Part shown: in pieces, positions 58,401-64,000 of the stretch
How positions within the stretch are numbered: position 1 is the first letter of the stretch
How the letters are laid out: each line of letters begins with the position of its first letter
Program-made: the position numbers and the translations under genes
Notes under the pieces: generated by a model
Seen by the model: the letters and a program-made list of their open reading frames with translations, nothing else
What the model was told of the DNA's origin: nothing
Databases searched by the model: none
Origin: an uncultured Acidobacteriota bacterium
GTDB taxonomy: Bacteria; Acidobacteriota; Thermoanaerobaculia; UBA5066; Gp7-AA6
Reading direction: 5' to 3'
Assembly: GCA_963764715.1 (NCBI GenBank)
Contig: CAVXTP010000015.1
Span: 32,001-96,000, forward strand
Length of the DNA: 64,000 nucleotides

Positions 58401-59332
58401 ACGGTCTCGCCTCCCGTGATCTCGAGGAACACTTCTTCGAGGGTCGAGGCCGGCCGTTCCACGGTGAAGACGTCGATGCCGGCCGCGAGCAGCGCCCGGA
58501 GCGCCCCGGGGACCTTCTCCGGGGCAAGGCGCACCGATACGGTCCCTTCGCCGTCGGCGGCCGGCGCCTCCGACTCCACCTCGCCGAAGGCCGCGAGCTC
58601 CCGGGCGGCCGCGGCCGCCGGCCGGGCGCGCACCCGGACACGGTCCGAGGCCGCGCGCGCCGCCAGCTCACGGACGGAGCCCGAGGCGAGCGTGCGGCCC
58701 CGGTGGACGATGGCGACGCGGTCGCAGGTCTGCTCGATCTCCGAGAGGAGGTGGCTCGAGACGAAGACGGCGATCCCGCGCTCGGAGGCGAGGCGGCGGA
58801 CGAGGTGGCGGATCTCGCGGATGCCGGCGGGATCCAGGCCGTTGGCCGGCTCGTCGAGGATCAGGATGTCGGGGTTTCCGAGCAGCGCCTGCGCGATGCC
58901 GAGCCGCTGGCGCATGCCGAGCGAGTAGGTCGAAACCTTGTCGTCCAGCCTCTCCGAGAGCGAGACCATGGCCGCGAGCTCCTCGATCCGGTCGGCCGCG
59001 CCGCGCGGGAGCATCCGGCAGAAGTGCAGGAGATTCTCCCGCCCCGTCAGGTAGCGATAGAGGTCCGGCGACTCGACGATCGCCCCGACGTGCGCCATGG
59101 CGCGCGTGAAGTCCCGCGCCACGTCGAGGCCGCGGATCCGGACGTGCCCGCGGTCCGGGCGCGCGAGGCCGACGAGCATCCGGATCGTCGTCGTCTTACC
59201 GGCCCCGTTCGGGCCGAGGAATCCGAAGACTTCGCCCGCGCGGACCTCGAACGACACGTCGGAGACGGCCTCGCGCCGGCCGAAGCGCTTGGTCAGGTGC
59301 TCGGCCGCGAGGACGACCTCGGCTTCAGCCAC
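58397..59332 (-). CDS. ABC transporter ATP-binding protein
   Basis: GPNGAGKTT, YSLGMRQR, LILDEP, SSH. Confidence 0.93.
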   Translation of the reverse strand: MAEAEVVLAAEHLTKRFGRREAVSDVSFEVRAGEVFGFLGPNGAGKTTTIRMLVGLARPDRGHVRIRGLDVARDFTRAMAHVGAIVESPDLYRYLTGRENLLHFCRMLPRGAADRIEELAAMVSLSERLDDKVSTYSLGMRQRLGIAQALLGNPDILILDEPANGLDPAGIREIRHLVRRLASERGIAVFVSSHLLSEIEQTCDRVAIVHRGRTLASGSVRELAARAASDRVRVRARPAAAAARELAAFGEVESEAPAADGEGTVSVRLAPEKVPGALRALLAAGIDVFTVERPASTLEEVFLEITGGETV

Positions 59333-59390
59333 GGCGGCCCTGGACCGAACGCGGTTCGCGCATCGCATTGAACGTATCATCGGCTTCCGC

Positions 59391-60185
59391 ATGGCCCGCG
59401 TTCCCTCGCGCTTCTGGCTCTGGACGGCCCCCGTCGGGGTGGGGACCGCCGCGGCCCTCGTTCTGGCGGCGGGTTTCGCGCTCGCGCTGCGCGGCGCCGT
59501 CGGCGAGCCGATCGGCGAGCCGCCTCCCCCGCCGGCGCAGCCCGCGCCCCGTCCGGCCGCCGGAGGCATGCGGAGGATTCTCGTGATCGGGGACTCCCTC
59601 GCCCGCGGTACCGGCGACGAGGCGGCGCGGGGGTTCGCCCTCGACGTGCTCGACGCTCTCAAGAAGCGGGGACCGGCCGAGCTGACGAACCTGGGCGTCA
59701 ACGGGATGGAGTCGACCGAGATCCGCGCGCTCGTCGAGTCGCCGAACGTCCGGACGCTCGCCGCCCAGGCCGGGCTGATCCTCGTTTCGGCGGGGGGAAA
59801 CGACCTCTCCCACGCGGCGAGCCGCTCGACGGGCTCCCCCGCGGACCTCGCCGACGCCGTGACCGCGGCGCGCTCGACGTACGTCGACAACCTGCGCGCG
59901 ATCCTGCGCGCGCTTCGCGAGGCCAACCCGACGGCGCCGATCGCCGTCATCGGGCTCTACGACCCGTTCTCGGGCGAGTCGGGCCCGGGCCGGCTCGGAT
60001 CCTCGGTCATCCTCCAGTGGGACAACCTCGCCGCCGAAACCGCGCTGGCGTTTCCCGGCGTCACGGTCGTGCCGACGTTCGACATCTTCCAGGCTCGCGC
60101 GGACCGGCTGAGCGCGGACCGCTACCACCCCAACCGGAAGGGCTACGGGATGATCGCGGAACGGGTGCTGCAGTCCGTGGACTAG
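59391..60185 (+). CDS. SGNH/GDSL hydrolase, membrane-anchored
   Basis: GDSL, G-N-G, GGND, DRYHPN blocks. Confidence 0.9.
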   Translation: MARVPSRFWLWTAPVGVGTAAALVLAAGFALALRGAVGEPIGEPPPPPAQPAPRPAAGGMRRILVIGDSLARGTGDEAARGFALDVLDALKKRGPAELTNLGVNGMESTEIRALVESPNVRTLAAQAGLILVSAGGNDLSHAASRSTGSPADLADAVTAARSTYVDNLRAILRALREANPTAPIAVIGLYDPFSGESGPGRLGSSVILQWDNLAAETALAFPGVTVVPTFDIFQARADRLSADRYHPNRKGYGMIAERVLQSVD

Positions 60186-60187
60186 AC

Positions 60188-60280
60188 GGGGGTCAGGTCT
60201 TCATTTTTCGGATTTCGCCAACGGCCACCCCTACAGCTCCGTCCTGGCCGAAATCTCGAAAAAGTGAATACCTGACCCCC
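60188..60280. repeat. GGGGTCAG-terminal inverted-repeat element between convergent genes
   Basis: GGGGGTCAGGTCTTCATTTTTCGGATTTCG ... CGAAATCTCGAAAAAGTGAATACCTGACCCCC. Confidence 0.8.
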
Positions 60281-60564
60281 TACCAGAAGCGGCGGCCGGC
60301 GCGCACGCCGCGGCCGAGGCCGATCAGGAGCGACGCCGCCGAGGCGATGCGGCCGGCCTTGGCCGCGAGCGAGTTGCGGCCGAAGAGCTTCCACGCCGCC
60401 GTCGCAGCGGCCGCGAGACCCGAGGCCGCGAGGCCGGCGAACCGCCAGCGCTGCCGGAAGGCCGTGATCTCCGCTCGCGCCTCGGAGAGCGCGCCGGCGA
60501 GGTCCTCGCGCTCCCACGCGGCCCGGCGCGAAAGGGTGGCGAGACGGTCGTCGCGCTCGCTCAT
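60280..60564 (-). CDS. YqjK-like small membrane protein
   Basis: Coiled N-terminus and hydrophobic C-terminus; coupled to the YqjE-like gene. Confidence 0.5.
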   Translation of the reverse strand: MSERDDRLATLSRRAAWEREDLAGALSEARAEITAFRQRWRFAGLAASGLAAAATAAWKLFGRNSLAAKAGRIASAASLLIGLGRGVRAGRRFW

Positions 60565-61079
60565 TGCGGCTCACCCCGCAGGCGCGCCTCGAGGGCCTCG
60601 ACTTCCACTTCGTCGGGCTCGGCGCCTTGCGCCTCCGGCTCGTCCTCGGGCGCGGGCTCGGCCGTGAGCGACTCCCGGATCGCGTCCCAGTCGCGCCCGA
60701 GCTCGCGCTTCGTCACCGGGAAATCCTTCGGCTTCACCCCGGAGAGGGACTTCCACGCGGTCCACCCGGCGAGCGCCGCGCCCCCGGCGTAGATCAGCAT
60801 CGCTCCGAGGATCCCGAGCGGCACGCTCCCGAAGAGCTGCGCGAGGATCGCGGCGAGAAGCGCGGCGAGGAGCAGCAGCGCGCCGACGGCGAGCGCCGCC
60901 GCCACCGCCGCCGCTCCGAGCCCCTTTCCGAGGAGCGCGGCCTTGGCCGAGAACTCCTCCTCGAAGATCGCGAGCCGGGTCGCCAGCAGCGAGCGCGCCG
61001 AGCCCGCGACGCCGGCCGCCCGGTCGGCCCACGACCGCGCGCCTTCCTCCTCGGGAAGCTCTCCCCGCTCCGTGCTCAT
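60561..61079 (-). CDS. YqjE-like (phage holin superfamily) membrane protein
   Basis: LLATRLAIFEEE, two TM helices, FPVTKRELGRD. Confidence 0.7.
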   Translation of the reverse strand: MSTERGELPEEEGARSWADRAAGVAGSARSLLATRLAIFEEEFSAKAALLGKGLGAAAVAAALAVGALLLLAALLAAILAQLFGSVPLGILGAMLIYAGGAALAGWTAWKSLSGVKPKDFPVTKRELGRDWDAIRESLTAEPAPEDEPEAQGAEPDEVEVEALEARLRGEPQ

Positions 61080-61097
61080 GGATTCACCAGTGTAGCG

Positions 61098-61880
61098 TCA
61101 GCCCGGCGGAATGACGAATCCGTCCCGCCGCGGGGCCCGCCCGGTCTGCAGCGGTGCAATCCGGATGCCTTCGGCGCGGAAACGCTCGTGGATCCGGCCC
61201 GCGATGCCGACGGCCCCGGGGGTGTCGCCGTGGATGCAGATGGTGTCCGCGCGCACCTCGACGCGCGAACCGTCGGCCGCGACGACGGAATGGTCGCGGG
61301 CGAGCCGCAGGGCCTGGTCCGCCGCCTCGTCGGGATCGGTGATCAGGGCCCGGGGCTCGGCGCGCGGCATGATCGAGCCGTCCGGAAGGTACCGCCGGTC
61401 GACGAAAGCCTCGGCCGCGACCGCCAGCTCCGCCTCGCGCCCCGCCTCGATCAGCATGGAGCCGGCCGCTCCGACGAGGACGAGGCTCGGACGGAACCGC
61501 CGCACGCCCTCGGCGATCGCGCGCGCGACGTCCGGGAATTCTCCGCCCGCGTGATAGAGCGCGCCGTGCGGCTTGACGTGCGTCAGCGTGCCGCCGCGCG
61601 AGCGAACGAACCCGTCGAGCGCCGCGACCTGGTAGAGCACGAGCGCCTCGACGGCCTCCGCCGGCATCTCGACCGCCAGACGCCCGAAATGCTCCCGGTC
61701 GGCGTAGCCCGGATGCGCCCCGACGCGGACGCCCCGCGAGAGCGCGAGGGTGACGGTCGAGTCCATGACGAGCGGGTCGCCCGCGTGGACGCCGCAGGCC
61801 ACGTTGGCCGAAGTGACGAAAGGCAGGAGGGCGGCATCGTCCATTCCCTCGCCCACGTCGGCGTTCAGGTCGATGCTCAC
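61098..61880 (-). CDS. pxpA: 5-oxoprolinase subunit A (LamB/YcsF)
   Basis: IDLNADVGE, ANVACGVHAGD, HVKPHGALY, EAFVDRRY, ICIHGD. Confidence 0.92.
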   Translation of the reverse strand: MSIDLNADVGEGMDDAALLPFVTSANVACGVHAGDPLVMDSTVTLALSRGVRVGAHPGYADREHFGRLAVEMPAEAVEALVLYQVAALDGFVRSRGGTLTHVKPHGALYHAGGEFPDVARAIAEGVRRFRPSLVLVGAAGSMLIEAGREAELAVAAEAFVDRRYLPDGSIMPRAEPRALITDPDEAADQALRLARDHSVVAADGSRVEVRADTICIHGDTPGAVGIAGRIHERFRAEGIRIAPLQTGRAPRRDGFVIPPG

Positions 61881-61887
61881 GGGACGC

Positions 61888-63435
61888 TCATCGTACTCCC
61901 GCGCGGGCCCGCGCGGACCGCGCTTCGTCCAGGGAGATCCGCTGGAAGCGCAGGACGTCTCCGGGCCGGACCTGGCCGAGTCGCGGCAGGTCCGCCGAAA
62001 TTACGGTCGCGATCCTCGGGTATCCGCCGGTCACCGGCCCGTCCGGGCCGAGCACGATCGGAGAGCCGCCGCCCGGCACCTGGACCGTGCCCGGCACCGT
62101 TCCGGAGGGCTCGATCTCGGGCGCCGAAGTGTGGTCCAGGGGCTTTCCCGACAAGCGCAGACCCCGCCGGTCGCTCTCGGGGGTCACGCTCCAGGGCGAG
62201 GCGAGAAATCGTTCGAATTCCGCCGAGGGCAGCCGCGCCGCCTCGGGCCCCGCGAGGACGCGAAGCCAGACCGTCTCCCCGGCGAGGTCGGGCTCCCGAA
62301 GCCGCGGCGCCGGTCCCGGCGGCCGGTCCGGCCCGGTCCGGGTCGCCAGCGCGTCGCCGGAGGAGAGCCGCCGCCCGGGGTCGCCCGCCACCCCCCCGCG
62401 GACGGCGAGATACGCGCGTGCCCCTCGCGTGAGGCGGCCGATGCGGACCCGGTCGCCGGCCGCCGCCCGGAACGTCTCGCGGCGGGGGACGGCTCTCCCC
62501 CGGCACTCGACCGGCCCCTCGCCTCCCGCCACGGCGAAGAGCGCGTCGCCGAGGATCTCGAGCTCCGGCCCGGCCAGCGTGATCTCGAGCGCCGGCGCGC
62601 CCGGTCGGTTGCCGACGAGGGCGTTGGCGAAATCGAGCGACGCCGTGTCCGTCGCGCCTCCGGGCGGCACTCCCGAGGAGCCGAGCCCGTACTTCGGCCC
62701 TCCCTGGATCGTGGTGGCGAGTCCCGGCGCGGCGACCCGGGCGAAGAGAATGCCGTCGGGCTCGCGCGAGGGAGGAGGCTCCGGTGCGGGCAGTTGCCCG
62801 GGGCCGACGCTCTCGAACTCCACGCGGTCTCCCGGGACGAGGAGCGATGGCGGGTCCGCCCGCGCGTCGAAGAGACGAACGGAAGTCCGGCCGATCAGCC
62901 GCCAGCCACCCGGCAGCGCCGCCGGATAGATGCCCGTCCACGGGCCGCCGATCGCGACGCTCCCGGCCGGAACGCGGGGCCGCGGCGTCGTGAGCCGCGG
63001 GGTCGCAAGCTCCGCCGGCAGGCCGGAGAGATACCCGAAGCCGGGAGCGAAACCGACGAAGGCGACGCGATAGCGGCCGGCTGCGTGCCGCCGCGCGAGC
63101 TCCGCGCCGGGGATCCCGCGCGCCGACGCGAGCTCCGCGAGGTCCTCGCCGTCGTAGACGACGGGAACGCGCAGCACCCTGGTTGTCGAGTCGGCCGCCG
63201 TCGCGCCGCCCGGCCGCTCGATCGACCGCGTCAGCACCTCGGCTGTCAGCCGATCGGGATCGAAGACGACGAGAAGCGACCTCGCGCCGGGAACCGCGTC
63301 GAGCAGGCCGTCCTCCCCCGCCTCGCGCAGCCGCCTCCCGAGCGCCACCGCCGCCCGGTTCGCCTCCTCGTCGGACGATCCGGGGTACTCGACCAGCATC
63401 ACCCCATCCCGCACGTCCCGAAAAACCGCCTGCAC
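61888..63435 (-). CDS. pxpBC: Fused 5-oxoprolinase subunits B and C
   Basis: GFAPGFGYL, VPAGSV, PGGWRLIG (PxpB); TIQG, DRRG, GTVQVP, TGGYP (PxpC). Confidence 0.85.
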   Translation of the reverse strand: MQAVFRDVRDGVMLVEYPGSSDEEANRAAVALGRRLREAGEDGLLDAVPGARSLLVVFDPDRLTAEVLTRSIERPGGATAADSTTRVLRVPVVYDGEDLAELASARGIPGAELARRHAAGRYRVAFVGFAPGFGYLSGLPAELATPRLTTPRPRVPAGSVAIGGPWTGIYPAALPGGWRLIGRTSVRLFDARADPPSLLVPGDRVEFESVGPGQLPAPEPPPSREPDGILFARVAAPGLATTIQGGPKYGLGSSGVPPGGATDTASLDFANALVGNRPGAPALEITLAGPELEILGDALFAVAGGEGPVECRGRAVPRRETFRAAAGDRVRIGRLTRGARAYLAVRGGVAGDPGRRLSSGDALATRTGPDRPPGPAPRLREPDLAGETVWLRVLAGPEAARLPSAEFERFLASPWSVTPESDRRGLRLSGKPLDHTSAPEIEPSGTVPGTVQVPGGGSPIVLGPDGPVTGGYPRIATVISADLPRLGQVRPGDVLRFQRISLDEARSARARAGVR

Positions 63436-63451
63436 CCTGCCTCTGCCTCCT

Positions 63452-63486
63452 GCTTACTGCTTACGGCTTACGGCTTACGGCTTACT
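63452..63486. repeat. Heptamer tandem repeat GCTTACK x5
   Basis: GCTTACT GCTTACG GCTTACG GCTTACG GCTTACT; contains the permease stop. Confidence 0.8.
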
Positions 63487-64000
63487 TCTTCCCGCTCCCG
63501 CCCCCTCCAGAACAGATAAACCGGCACCCCCGATCCCACGAGCACGTACCCCGGCCACGTCGCGGCCGGATTGCCGGCCAGGAGCAGCGCGATCAACGCG
63601 AGCCCCGCGGCCGCGTAACCGATCTGCAACCACGGATACCCGGGCGCTCGGAACGGCCTCGGCCACTCGGGCCGCCGACGCCGGAGCACGACGACCGCGA
63701 GAACGAGCAGGACGTACAGCAGGAGGTCGGCCGAGATGACGTACTTCAGGAGCTGGCTATACGTGCCGGTCAGCACGAGAAGGCTCGCCCAGACTCCCTG
63801 GAGCCGGAGAGCGTTGCCCGGAACTCCGCCGGAGTTCAGGCGCGCGAGGGAGCGGAAGAAGAGGCCGTCGCGCGCCATCGCGAAGGAGACGCGGGCGCCG
63901 GAGAGGACGAGGCCGTTGACGCACCCGAACGTCGACACGAGAATCGCCGCGGCCATCGCCCCGCCGCCGAGCGGTCCGAAGAGACGCTGGGCGGCCGCCG
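63468..64000 (-). CDS. APC family amino acid permease, C-terminal part (starts beyond window)
   Basis: STFGCVNG, ARVSFAMARDGLF, RPFRAPGYP. Confidence 0.88.
   Translation of the reverse strand, partial: AAAQRLFGPLGGGAMAAAILVSTFGCVNGLVLSGARVSFAMARDGLFFRSLARLNSGGVPGNALRLQGVWASLLVLTGTYSQLLKYVISADLLLYVLLVLAVVVLRRRRPEWPRPFRAPGYPWLQIGYAAAGLALIALLLAGNPAATWPGYVLVGSGVPVYLFWRGREREEVSRKP

Noticed and set aside
60561-61079. Prophage holin
   Set aside because: YqjE-like proteins are ordinary chromosomal membrane proteins, and no phage genes are nearby.
61888-63435. pxpB-pxpC fusion as a novelty
   Set aside because: PxpBC fusions are already well known.

Overview
High-GC (roughly 70% by eye) bacterial DNA. 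The gene repertoire (Hanks-type Ser/Thr kinase, GWxTD protein, CSLREA/S-layer-repeat protein, TPR-CHAT protein, fused E1 alpha/beta dehydrogenase) suggests Acidobacteriota, probably Thermoanaerobaculia (inference). About 55 CDS: housekeeping blocks (pyrK-pyrD-pyrF, nadA-nadC-nadB, dapA-like/dapD, pxpBC-pxpA) interleaved with secreted hydrolases and accessory genes. I recognised no rRNA, tRNA, CRISPR-Cas or transposase. Best candidates for new biology: (1) An ECF sigma / zinc-finger membrane anti-sigma / exported PDZ-TPR-CHAT protease module (29.7-35.9 kb). Its three genes share an identically spaced GTAACG-N15-GNACT motif, and the anti-sigma and the protease share a VLRG motif, suggesting caspase-like site-1 proteolysis. 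(2) A 6-unit REP/BIME-like array (52.3-53.2 kb) whose hairpin loops carry a 64-nt structured cargo also found between nadA and nadC. (3) A 253-bp inverted-repeat element lying in frame in a peptidase N-terminus. (4) DapA and SDR homologues lacking their catalytic residues. (5) Many apparently leaderless genes. Four single-base frameshifts in the first 13 kb are probably assembly errors. All calls were made by eye; no searches were run.
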